A program made the translations under genes and the position numbers. Of a DNA stretch of 54,824 bases, positions 42,694 through 54,824 are shown in pieces. The stretch lies in assembly GCA_021778125.1 (NCBI GenBank), contig JAJYCT010000001.1:1-54824 (forward strand). The letters are read 5' to 3'. This DNA is from Myxococcales bacterium. GTDB taxonomy: Bacteria > Myxococcota_A > Polyangia > Polyangiales > Polyangiaceae. Under the pieces are notes generated by a model that saw only the letters and a list, made by a program, of their open reading frames with translations, had not been told where the DNA came from and did no database searches. How positions within the stretch are numbered: position 1 is the first letter of the stretch; each line of letters begins with the position of its first letter.

Positions 42694-43818
42694 TCACCAC
42701 CCGGGCATCGAGTCCTGGGTGAGCACGCTCGGCGCCGTGTACGTCGCGGTGATCTGGGCGTTCGAGTCGCTCTGCTGGACGAGCTCCGCCCAGCCCATGA
42801 AGTAGGTCCAGCGCGGCTGCGCCGCGAGCTCGGCGGGCGTGGGCAGCACCTGGCACTCGCCGATGGCGATCGGCTTGTTCCCCGCGATGGCGAGCATCGC
42901 CTGGTACTTGGCGTCCGTGAACCCGGCGCCGTCGTAGAAATCGAGGCTCATCACGTCCCAGTAGGCGCCGCCGGGGTCGTACTGGTCCCAGTCCCAGCCG
43001 TTGTCCGCGGCGTTCCAGATGTCCTGGACGCTCCAGACCCAGACGATGTTGTCGAGGCCCTTGGTGTTGACCAGGTAGTCGTGCGTGATCTGGTAGAGCT
43101 TCGCCGTCCCGTTCGGGCCGGGTCGTCCGCCCCACCAGAACGCGCCCTGGTTCATCTCGTGGTGCGGGCGGAACGTCGCCGCCATCCCGGCGTCCTTGAG
43201 CTGCTGGAAGTAGGGCGCGATCGCGTCGAGCCGCGACTTCCAGATCTGGTTCAGGTTGCCGCCGTCGGTGGTCAGATCGCTCCAGTCCGCGTCGCCGAGC
43301 GCGCTCAGGACGCCGCCGTTCCAGTCGCACGACTCGGCCTGGTTGGGCGGGCACGCGTGGTACATGAGGCTGATCACGGAGCCGGCGTCCCAGCCGTCCA
43401 TCAGGTGCTGGATGACGTCGGGGCGGTTCTGGATCTCGCTGGCCTCGAACAGAAAGTCGCCGCCCCACAGCGCCGGATAATGGCCGGTCACCGACCGCAT
43501 CGCGCCGATGAAGTCGCCCTGGCTCGCCTCGCGGTCGTGCTCTCCCGACATCGTCTTCCGACCGGAGATGCTCGCGAGGAAGGCGAGGAGCTTCTGGCGG
43601 GGGCTCGCGCTCGCGTCCGGACCGCCGTCCGCGAGCGGGGCGTCGGCGGCGACGTCGCTGGTCGCGTCGTGACCGGTCGGCCCGCCGCCGTCGTGGGTCG
43701 CTCCCCCTCCGTCCACCGCGGGGGCCGCCCCGTCGTCGCCGGGGCCCGACGCGGTGGCGCCGCACGCCAGCAGCGCGGCACCGGCCAGCAAGGAGAGGAG
43801 GGGTCGGAGTCCGGGCAT
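42694..43818 (-). CDS. GH26-family glycoside hydrolase lipoprotein (beta-mannanase-like)
   Basis: From ATG 43818: lipobox LLAGAALLAC; FRPHHEMNQGAFWWGG (acid/base Glu context) and IAIGECQ (nucleophile context) typical of GH26. The tracked ORF 42694..45036 is a frame fusion with shadow sequence. Confidence 0.82.
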   Translation of the reverse strand: MPGLRPLLSLLAGAALLACGATASGPGDDGAAPAVDGGGATHDGGGPTGHDATSDVAADAPLADGGPDASASPRQKLLAFLASISGRKTMSGEHDREASQGDFIGAMRSVTGHYPALWGGDFLFEASEIQNRPDVIQHLMDGWDAGSVISLMYHACPPNQAESCDWNGGVLSALGDADWSDLTTDGGNLNQIWKSRLDAIAPYFQQLKDAGMAATFRPHHEMNQGAFWWGGRPGPNGTAKLYQITHDYLVNTKGLDNIVWVWSVQDIWNAADNGWDWDQYDPGGAYWDVMSLDFYDGAGFTDAKYQAMLAIAGNKPIAIGECQVLPTPAELAAQPRWTYFMGWAELVQQSDSNAQITATYTAPSVLTQDSMPGW

Positions 43819-43829
43819 GGGCGAAGACC

Positions 43830-44990
43830 TCAGTGGGTGGTCACGGTCTGGAAGATGCCGCTGAACTGGAAGTTCGACGTGTTGACCGTGCTGCACGTGT
43901 TGTAGTCGGCGCCCGACGGGCAGATCTGGTCCCGGTCGATCGACCAGAACGAGACGAGCCCCAGCCGGTTCTGGATCGCGAAGGCGGCGACGGTCCTCGC
44001 GTCGTCGAGCGAGAAGACCTCCGAGTCGTCGTTCTTGCCGATCATCGCGGTGACGCCGAGCGTGCGCCACGCCTCGGTCGTGGAGAGGCCGAGGCCCACC
44101 AGCTGCGCGTTCGCGTCCGTGAGCGACCCGATGGCGACGGGAGCGAGCGGCTGGCCCCCGAAGCCGTCGCCGTAGTCCATCGTCATCAGGTTCACGTGGG
44201 ACACGTGCACGCCGGAGGCGAGCGCGTGGCTCACGACCGACAGGCCCTGTGCGGTGAGCCCGCCGCCGCTCCCCCCCGAGTCCGGGTTGGCCGCGAGCGT
44301 GAACGCGACCTCGATGCCCCTGGACGCCTGCGCCATGGCGAGGGCGTCGCCGCGCAGCTGGTTGACCGCGTCGGTCAGCACGGGATCCTGCTCGATGTCG
44401 AAGTCCAGGTCCGTGATCCCCGTCGCGTCGACGAAGTCCTCGAGCGCCTTCGCGAACGAGGCGGCGTCCGCGCACTGGCTCTCGACGTACGTCCCGTCGG
44501 CGCCGCCGAAGGAGACCTTCACGTGGCCACCCGCCGCGAGGAAGGCCTTCACGTCGGCGAGGTTCTGCTCGATCCCCTGATCGGCGACGCAGCCTCCGCC
44601 GGAGAGGACGAACGCGATCGTCACGTCGTTCACGCTCGCCTTCTGCTGCAGATCGACGAGGCTGCTGTAGGGGTAGCCGCCGCCGCCCCACGTCCACGTG
44701 GGGAAGTAGGGCGCGAACTCGATGGCGGGCAGGGCGGGCGCCGCGTCCGTCCCCGGGCCTCCGTCGCCGTGCGCCGTCCCTCCGTCCACGCCGGGGCTCG
44801 GTCCTCCCTCCCGCGTCGCGCCCCCTCCGTCCGACGCCGTGCTCCCGCCCTCGCCCGGTCCGGTCGCGGCGGCTCCGGTCTCCGTCGCGCCGGCGTCGTC
44901 GCCCGTGGCAGGCGAGCCGTCTCCCGCCTCGCCCAGCCCGCAGGCCGTCGAGAGGGCCGAAGCGGCGAAGGCTCCCCAGAGTGTTCTCAT
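43830..44990 (-). CDS. GH18-family glycoside hydrolase lipoprotein (chitinase-like)
   Basis: From ATG 44990: lipobox AASALSTAC, Gly/Asp/Thr linker, VSFGGADG, and the catalytic motif GITDLDFDIE (DxxDxDxE). Confidence 0.82.
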   Translation of the reverse strand: MRTLWGAFAASALSTACGLGEAGDGSPATGDDAGATETGAAATGPGEGGSTASDGGGATREGGPSPGVDGGTAHGDGGPGTDAAPALPAIEFAPYFPTWTWGGGGYPYSSLVDLQQKASVNDVTIAFVLSGGGCVADQGIEQNLADVKAFLAAGGHVKVSFGGADGTYVESQCADAASFAKALEDFVDATGITDLDFDIEQDPVLTDAVNQLRGDALAMAQASRGIEVAFTLAANPDSGGSGGGLTAQGLSVVSHALASGVHVSHVNLMTMDYGDGFGGQPLAPVAIGSLTDANAQLVGLGLSTTEAWRTLGVTAMIGKNDDSEVFSLDDARTVAAFAIQNRLGLVSFWSIDRDQICPSGADYNTCSTVNTSNFQFSGIFQTVTTH

Positions 44991-45189
44991 GGGGAGCCTC
45001 CGAAGCAGCGTCCGTGCCGGCCGTGGCGCGGCGCAACCTCGCGGCTCCACGCGCGGGGCTGCGCTCCTTCGAAACGCGGCCGCGTTACGGTGTCGTGGAT
45101 CGGCGTCACACCAGGGGCTTGATCCCCGGCGGGTCTGCCGACGTCCACGCGCGAGCGGGAGCCCCGCTCTGCGCGGAGGGCTCGAGGCG

Positions 45190-45433
45190 CCGCTCGTTCA
45201 CTGCGCCGTGGTGTCGCGCCGCCGCCCGCGGTCGCGTTGCCACCCGCTCCGCCCACGATCGTCGCGCACGAGCCGGGGGGCACGATGCCGCCGCCCGCTC
45301 CGCCCCCCGCGCTGACGAGCGTCGTGCTCGAGCGGCTCACCGTCGAGGCGCCTCCGGGGTTGCCGGTCGAAGCTGGGTTCCCGGTCGCTCCACCCCCGCC
45401 GCCGACGACGTCCAGCGTGTCGCCCGCGGTCAC
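45190..45433 (-). pseudogene. possible relic of a glycine-rich-domain gene
   Basis: The first ~80 codons of tracked ORF 44987..45433 read VTAGDTLDVVGGGGGATGNPASTGNPGGASTVSRSSTTLVSAGGGAGGGIVPPGSCATIVGGAGGNATAGGG with high GC3. Beyond about 45190, GC3 collapses and the frame turns Arg-rich. There is no signal peptide or credible N-terminus. Confidence 0.3.
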
Positions 45434-45511
45434 CGCGACGACCGCACAAGCGCGTCTGCGACGAAAGTCGGGGGGGGGCCCGGCGCGGCCGACGTATCAT
45501 GGAGCCGCCGG

Positions 45512-46645
45512 ATGTCTCCCCCGCCGTCCTCGCCGTTCGCCCGCACGATGGTGCTGGGGCTGGCAGCCGCGACCGGATGTGCGGCGACCCCGGCGCAGCT
45601 CGCCATCCCCAACGGCGGGCACGACCCCGCGCCGCTCGCGCGCTGCAAGATCGCCGCGGACCACCGCGATCCTCTGGTCACCGAATGGCCGGCGTCGTCG
45701 AAGGCGCGCCTGGAGGCCCTCATGCGCGACGGCGGCGGCATCGCCGTCGCCTACAGCGGGTGCGACCTCCGCATCGTGGACGAGTGTCACCTCGAAGGCA
45801 CCTACCAGTGGCGGCGCACGACGCTCGCCACGGACACGACCGACATCCACGACGACGACGATCTCTACGCGAAGCTGCCTCTCGGCGCCGCATCCCTCGA
45901 GGGCGAGCTCCGGCGCGACGGGGCGCTGCGGGTCGTGACCGAGGTGGCCGGCGAGATGGATCTCGTCGGCTTCTCGCGCGACAAGGTGCCCGATGGCGCG
46001 GCGTGCGCCCGGGCGACGCACGTCGTGCGCGGCATCAGCGTCGGCACCTTCAAGCTGTTCGCGTCGGGGCAGGCCGGGGGCAAGGCCGGGGTGAGCCTCG
46101 GCTCGATCGGCGGCGGAGGCGGGGCGAGCGAGTCGGAGTCGGTCATCCGCGAGGCGGGCGACCCGGCGCAGTGCGCGCAGGCGACGCACGACGCCCCCGA
46201 CTCGCAGTGCCGCTCCCCCATCCAGATCTTCCTCGATCGAATCCGCCACGCCGAGCCACCGCCACCCCCGCCGTTCGACCCGAGCGCGACGACGGCCGCG
46301 CCCGCCGCCGCCGTCGAGGCGCCGCCCGCGCCGCCGCCGGAGACCGCGCCCTCCGCGGGCGCCGGCCGAGGAGTGGGCTGGAGCCTCGCGAGCGCAGGGG
46401 TCGTGAGCGGGGCGGTCGGCGCGTTCTTCTTCGCCCAGGCGGCGGGCGCCAAGTCGACCATCCAGGCGGGCGGCCTCGCGACGAGCGGCGACATCCAGTC
46501 GAACGCGTCGCGCGCGGCGACCGACACGAATGTCGGGTTCGTCCTGGTCGGCCTGGCCGTCGCGCTGATCGCCACCTCCATCCCGTTCTTCCTCGCGCCG
46601 GGCGGCGACCCGGCGGGGACGCACACGGCCTCGGGGGCGAGATGA
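45512..46645 (+). CDS. hypothetical lipoprotein with Cys-containing domain, Pro-rich linker and two C-terminal TM helices
   Basis: ATG 45512. Lipobox MVLGLAAATGC, a ~230-aa domain, PPPPPPFDP...APPAPPPE, then WSLASAGVVSGAVGAFFFAQAAG and VGFVLVGLAVALIATSIPFFLA. High GC3. Confidence 0.68.
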   Translation: MSPPPSSPFARTMVLGLAAATGCAATPAQLAIPNGGHDPAPLARCKIAADHRDPLVTEWPASSKARLEALMRDGGGIAVAYSGCDLRIVDECHLEGTYQWRRTTLATDTTDIHDDDDLYAKLPLGAASLEGELRRDGALRVVTEVAGEMDLVGFSRDKVPDGAACARATHVVRGISVGTFKLFASGQAGGKAGVSLGSIGGGGGASESESVIREAGDPAQCAQATHDAPDSQCRSPIQIFLDRIRHAEPPPPPPFDPSATTAAPAAAVEAPPAPPPETAPSAGAGRGVGWSLASAGVVSGAVGAFFFAQAAGAKSTIQAGGLATSGDIQSNASRAATDTNVGFVLVGLAVALIATSIPFFLAPGGDPAGTHTASGAR

Positions 46646-47301
46646 CCGCGGTGCGCCGCACGCTCGCGGCGGGCCTCGCGGCCGTGGTCACGGTCCTCGG
46701 CGCGTGCTCGAGCGACCAGATCCTCCAGGAGCTCGGGCCGTTCCCGTGCGCCAAGGACGGTACGTGCCCGAGCGGCTTCTCGTGCTCGGCGGACGCGGGG
46801 GAGTGCGTCTCGCTCGGGACGGGCGGCGGAGGGGACACCGGCAGCGGCAAACCCGTCGACTCGGTCTGTCTCGGCGATGACACGTGCAACGGAGGCGACT
46901 GCCTCTACGGCGTGTGCACCGTCGTCGCGACGCAGGGAGAGGGCGGCAGCGGGTGCGCCGCCGACCGGGTGCTCGTGCTCGGCGCGTGCTTCCGCGCGTG
47001 CTCGGCCACGCTGCCGTGCCCCTCGGGGCTCTCGTGCATCTGGATGGATGGCGGCGACGCCGCAAAGACGCTCGTGCTGGGGTGCGTGTCGACGGCGCAG
47101 GCCATGGTCGCGGGATCCTGGTGCACCTCGTCGTCGTCGTGCACCGGCTACGGCAGTGCGGGGCTGAGCCCGTTCATTTGCGGCGGCGACGCGTGTGCCC
47201 TCGCCTGCGGGGGAGGACCGGGCACCGCGCCCTGCCCTCCGGGCTACTCGTGCGAGGATCCCCTCAACGACGGCTCCTACGGGTGCTTCGCCAACGATTG
47301 A
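46642..47301 (+). CDS. Cys-rich secreted lipoprotein (219 aa, ~28 Cys)
   Basis: The ATG overlaps the previous stop (ATGA). Lipobox [10 protein letters not shown]. Repeated C..G..C / CP.G.SC spacing ([39 protein letters not shown]). Confidence 0.68.
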   Translation: MTAVRRTLAAGLAAVVTVLGACSSDQILQELGPFPCAKDGTCPSGFSCSADAGECVSLGTGGGGDTGSGKPVDSVCLGDDTCNGGDCLYGVCTVVATQGEGGSGCAADRVLVLGACFRACSATLPCPSGLSCIWMDGGDAAKTLVLGCVSTAQAMVAGSWCTSSSSCTGYGSAGLSPFICGGDACALACGGGPGTAPCPPGYSCEDPLNDGSYGCFAND

Positions 47302-47398
47302 GGCGTCGCGAGGTTCGGTCGTGGGGGCAGCAAGCGCATCGCCCCTATACGCGCAAGGTCTCTTGCCCCCCTTCCTGCAGGGGACTACGACGCTCCCC

Positions 47399-50080
<2,682 letters not shown>

Positions 50081-50366
50081 AGGGGAACCGGAAGAGGCTG
50101 GCGCGCTCCAGCCGCGCCGACCGACTTGCGCCCCGTCGGCCTTGGGCTAACCTCAGGGCGCTCACGGACGTTTCCCCGGCAACGACGCTCTCTCGGTACT
50201 CGGGACCGCGGCTCGCGCACGACGGTGACGCACTGTGTGGTCGCGGCGGATTTCGCCGCCGCGAGCCTGGCTCCTGGATCCCGCGGCTGAACTGGACCGA
50301 AGGCACTCTGCAAAAGCCCCCCGAGGGGGGCTCGCTACGAAGCCGCACCGAGAGAGAGATACTGAA

Positions 50367-50738
50367 ATGGGAACGCGTCTGTACGTCGGCAATCTGTCGT
50401 TCAACTCCACCATCGACACCGTCCGCCAGGCCTTCGAGCGCATCGGCCAGGTCACGGATGTCCACATCGTCACCGACCGCGCCACGGGTCAGTCGCGCGG
50501 CTTCGGCTTCGTGACGATGGGCTCGCCGGCGGAGGCCCAGAAGGCCATCGAGGCGATGAACAACTCCGTCCTCGACGGGCGCCCGCTCCGCGTCAACGAG
50601 GCCGAGGAGCGTCCGCAGCGCAGCGGTGGCGGTGGGGGCGGCTTCGGCGGTGGTGGCGGTGGTGGCGGTGGTGGCGGCGGCCGCGGTGGCCGTGGCGGCC
50701 CCGGCGGCGACCGCGGCGGCCGTCGCGATCGCTGGTAG
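50367..50738 (+). CDS. RRM-type glycine-rich RNA-binding protein
   Basis: ATG 50367. RNP2 LYVGNL, RNP1 RGFGFVTM, and a C-terminal GGGGGGFGGGGGGGGGGGGRGGRGGPGGDRGGRRDRW tail. Confidence 0.88.
   Translation: MGTRLYVGNLSFNSTIDTVRQAFERIGQVTDVHIVTDRATGQSRGFGFVTMGSPAEAQKAIEAMNNSVLDGRPLRVNEAEERPQRSGGGGGGFGGGGGGGGGGGGRGGRGGPGGDRGGRRDRW
50649..50675 (+). repeat. three perfect 9-nt units (GGTGGTGGC)x3 inside the Gly-rich tail coding region
   Basis: Read directly: units at 50649-50657, 50658-50666 and 50667-50675. Confidence 0.8.
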
Positions 50739-50886
50739 TCGCCGGGCCGTAGGGCCCGACACACCGCGAACGGCCGAGAGGTCGGGACGACCGGGAGCAG
50801 GCTCTCCGGTTCCCCGGCCTCTTTGCCGTTTGTAAGGTCGTCGACGGGGTATTCCGCGCCGCCCCGTTTCGCGTTACGACCGACGC

Positions 50887-51780
50887 ATGCGCCTCGCGAT
50901 GATCGGTCTGGGCAAGATGGGCTTCAACATGACGCAGCGCCTGCTGCAGGGCGGGCACGAGGTCGTCGCGACGGATCGCAACCTCGACGTCGCCCGCGAG
51001 CTCGCCGGCAAGGGCGCCGTGTTCGCCGAGAACCTGGCCGACGCGATCGCGAAGCTCCAGCCGCCGCGCGTCGTCTGGGTCATGGTCCCCTCGCAGGTGA
51101 CCGAGGCCGTCATCCTCGACGCGGCCGCGCGCCTGTCCAAGGGCGACGTCATCATCGACGGCGGCAACTCCAACTGGAAAGAGTCGCGCGCGCGCGCCGA
51201 GACGATCGGCCAGAAGGGCGTGCAGTGGATCGACGCCGGGACGAGCGGCGGCGTCTGGGGCCTGAAGAACGGCTACTGCCTGATGGTCGGCGGTGCGCCC
51301 GAGGCGGTGAAGCTCTGCGAGCCGCTCTTCAAGACGCTCGCCCCCGAGGGCGGCTACGCGCACGTCGGCGCCGCCGGCGCGGGCCACTACGTCAAGATGG
51401 TCCACAACGGCATCGAGTACGGCCTGATGCAGGCGTACGCCGAGGGCTTCGAGATCATGAAGACGAGCCCCTTCAGGCTCGACCTGCACAAGATCGCCTC
51501 CATCTGGGGCCGCGGCTCGGTGGTCCGCTCCTGGCTGCTCGAGCTGCTCGAGTCGGCGCTCGCGGGCGACAAGGACCTCGAGGCCATCCGCGGCTTCGTC
51601 GAGGACTCGGGCGAGGGTCGCTGGACGGTGCAGGCGGCGATCGATCAGGACGTCCCGGCGCCCATCATCACGCTGTCGCTCCAGGCCCGCTTCCGCTCGC
51701 GCCAGGAGGAGTCGTTCGGCGCGAAGATCCTCGCGGCGCTGCGCAACCAGTTCGGCGGTCACGCCGTCAAGAAGGCCTGA
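50887..51780 (+). CDS. gnd: 6-phosphogluconate dehydrogenase (decarboxylating), short ~300-aa type
   Basis: MIGLGKMGFNMTQRLL, IIDGGNSNW, GTSGGVWG, GAGHYVKMVHNGIEYGLMQAYAEGF and GSVVRSWLLEL. Confidence 0.86.
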   Translation: MRLAMIGLGKMGFNMTQRLLQGGHEVVATDRNLDVARELAGKGAVFAENLADAIAKLQPPRVVWVMVPSQVTEAVILDAAARLSKGDVIIDGGNSNWKESRARAETIGQKGVQWIDAGTSGGVWGLKNGYCLMVGGAPEAVKLCEPLFKTLAPEGGYAHVGAAGAGHYVKMVHNGIEYGLMQAYAEGFEIMKTSPFRLDLHKIASIWGRGSVVRSWLLELLESALAGDKDLEAIRGFVEDSGEGRWTVQAAIDQDVPAPIITLSLQARFRSRQEESFGAKILAALRNQFGGHAVKKA

Positions 51781-51803
51781 GCCCCGCCCCCGCCGGAGAC
51801 CCC

Positions 51804-53329
<1,526 letters not shown>

Positions 53330-53333
<4 letters not shown>

Positions 53334-54424
53334 GCGTGCCCCTCGACCGCGTGGAGCGGGAGCTCGCGAAGCTCTGGGACGAGAGCGCGCGCGCCGCGGG
53401 GACGTCCCGGGCGTCGCTGCTCACGCTCGTCGCCCTCGTCAGCGAGCCGGGGCTGCTCGAGCGCGCGCAGGCGGCGGTCGCCGAGGTCGTCCAGACGCGC
53501 CCGTGCCGGACGATCGTCGCCGTGTGGCGCCCGGGCGACACGCCGTCGCTCGGTGCCGAGGTCGCGCTGCACCGGGGGCACGACGGCGGCCCCGTCTGCG
53601 GCGACGCGATCACGCTCGAGGCCACGGGCGCGGCGCGCGAGTGGCTGCCGGGCAACGCCGAGCGCCTGGCGCTGCCCGATCTGCCCGTGTGCGTGTGGTG
53701 GGTGGGCGATCTGCCCGACCACGACGACCTGTTCGACCGGATGGTGGTCGGCGCGGACCTGGTCGTCGTCAACTCCGGCGAGATGGACCTGCGCGATCTC
53801 ACGAAGCTATCGAGCATCGCCGAGCGCTCGCGCGGCCGGTACGCGGTGGCCGACCTCACGTGGATCCGCCTGCGGGCGGTGCAGGACATGGTCGCGCGCT
53901 TCTTCGACGACGCCGAGGGCAGGGCGTGCATCTCGGGCCTCACGCGCGTCACGATCGAGTTCAGGTCGCCCCCCGGAGACGAGGACGCCGCGAGCACGCA
54001 GGCGGGCCTGCTCTTCGGGTGGATGGCGTCGGTGCTGGGGCTGCCGGACGACGGCGTCTCGTGGAAGCGCGGAAGCGGCTGGGCCGAGGCGCGGCTCGGG
54101 CGCCTGACGGCGCGCTTCGAGGCGAAGCCGCGCGCCGACGTGCGTCCCGGGGCCATCACGCGCGTCGCGCTCGAGTCGGGCGAGGCGCGCTTCGAGATCG
54201 AGCGGCAGGACGACCCGCTCGTCTTCCGCTGGTCGCGCCAGGTGCCGGGCGTCGCGTCGCCGCCGCAAGCGCTGCGCGTCCACGCGACCGAGGAGCCTGC
54301 GCTGCTCGCGCGGTGCCTCGAGCGCTCCAAGCGCGATCTACTGCTCGAGACGAGCCTGCGGACCGCGAGCCGGATCGTGCGCTCGGTCGCGCCGCGGCTC
54401 TCCGTCGTGCCGCCTCCACGGTAA
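53330..54424 (+). CDS. opcA: glucose-6-phosphate dehydrogenase assembly protein OpcA-like
   Basis: The ATG overlaps the zwf stop (ATGA). The position directly after zwf, the ~364-aa length and the N-terminus (VERELAKLW ... SLLTLVALV) fit OpcA. The family call rests mainly on context. Confidence 0.72.
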
Positions 54425-54497
54425 ATTGCCGCGCTCACGGGGAGACGCGGCCGTGACATGGCCCGTGGTGAAGACGTCCAGTATGGACCTGGCACCC

Positions 54498-54824
54498 ATG
54501 AAGGCTCGCCGCGTCGCCTGCGTCCTCACCGCGCTCCTCCCGCTCGTCGCGTGCTCCGGCGGCGCGAGCAACCCGGGCTTCGACTCCCCCGGCAGCGGCT
54601 CGAGCTCGGGGGTCAAGGGCACCGGGTCGAGCAGCGGCGGTACGAGCTCGTCGTCGTCGGGAGGGGGCCTCGTCGGCGGCGACGGGGGCTACGGGACGTT
54701 CGGCAGCGACGGGGGCTCGTCTCCGTCGCAGCAGAGCTGCACGTACCAGGACTCGACCGATCACGACGGCGACGGCTTCTCGTTCACCGACGGAGACTGC
54801 AACGACTGCGATCCGAACACCAAC
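54498..54824 (+). CDS. lipoprotein with Ser/Gly-rich linker and DGDG/DCNDCDP-type Cys-Asp motif (5' part; continues beyond window end)
   Basis: MKARRVACVLTALLPLVAC (lipobox), GSGSSSG...SSSSSGGG, then DHDGDGFSFTDGDCNDCDPNTN. This resembles the putative metal-binding Cys/Asp repeats common in myxobacterial secreted proteins. An alternative in-frame ATG lies at 54483. Confidence 0.6.
   Translation, partial: MKARRVACVLTALLPLVACSGGASNPGFDSPGSGSSSGVKGTGSSSGGTSSSSSGGGLVGGDGGYGTFGSDGGSSPSQQSCTYQDSTDHDGDGFSFTDGDCNDCDPNTN

Noticed and set aside
44987-45433. 148-aa ORF whose TGA overlaps the GH18 ATG (ATGA), suggesting a coupled upstream gene
   Set aside because: Only the first ~80 codons look coding (Gly-rich fragment). 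The remainder is Arg-rich with low GC3, and there is no plausible N-terminus. I interpret it as a relic rather than an intact gene.

Overview
Very GC-rich window (about 70% G+C by eye, not computed). The gene content looks like a Myxococcota (Polyangia-like) chromosome: a giant TPR-fused Ser/Thr kinase, FHA/PP2C signalling genes, many Cys-lipobox lipoproteins and secreted hydrolases. I call 41 protein-coding genes (2 partial at the window edges), 2 gene relics, and a few repeats and candidate regulatory sites. I recognised no rRNA, tRNA, CRISPR array, transposase or integrase. Many long ORFs in the six-frame track are Arg/Ala/Gly/Pro-rich shadow frames of real genes and were discarded. Several real genes start well inside their tracked ORF. 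Housekeeping content: rlmE, isolated rplC and rplS, thiO-like, larB-larC, fumC, acnA, an RRM RNA-binding protein, and gnd-zwf-opcA. Best candidates for something undescribed: (1) A kinase-less FHA / VWA / PP2C envelope-signalling operon at 11757-18254, in which a secreted VWA domain is fused through one TM helix to a cytoplasmic FHA domain. (2) An ~11 kb surface-glycan or protein-glycosylation island at 28789-39753. It holds an arylsulfotransferase-like lipoprotein, three polytopic GT-C/TMTC-like membrane proteins (one with four tandem ~135-aa beta-sandwich-like modules), an acyltransferase-3, a DUF4185-like hydrolase, and a tiny Ser/Thr/Asp-rich lipoprotein with near-consensus expression signals. 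A deletion-riddled inverted copy of the island's first gene lies at its far end. (3) A ~50-nt upstream element shared by two unrelated secreted-protein genes, ending exactly 10 nt before each start codon. All functional calls come from motif recognition by eye. No database search was run.
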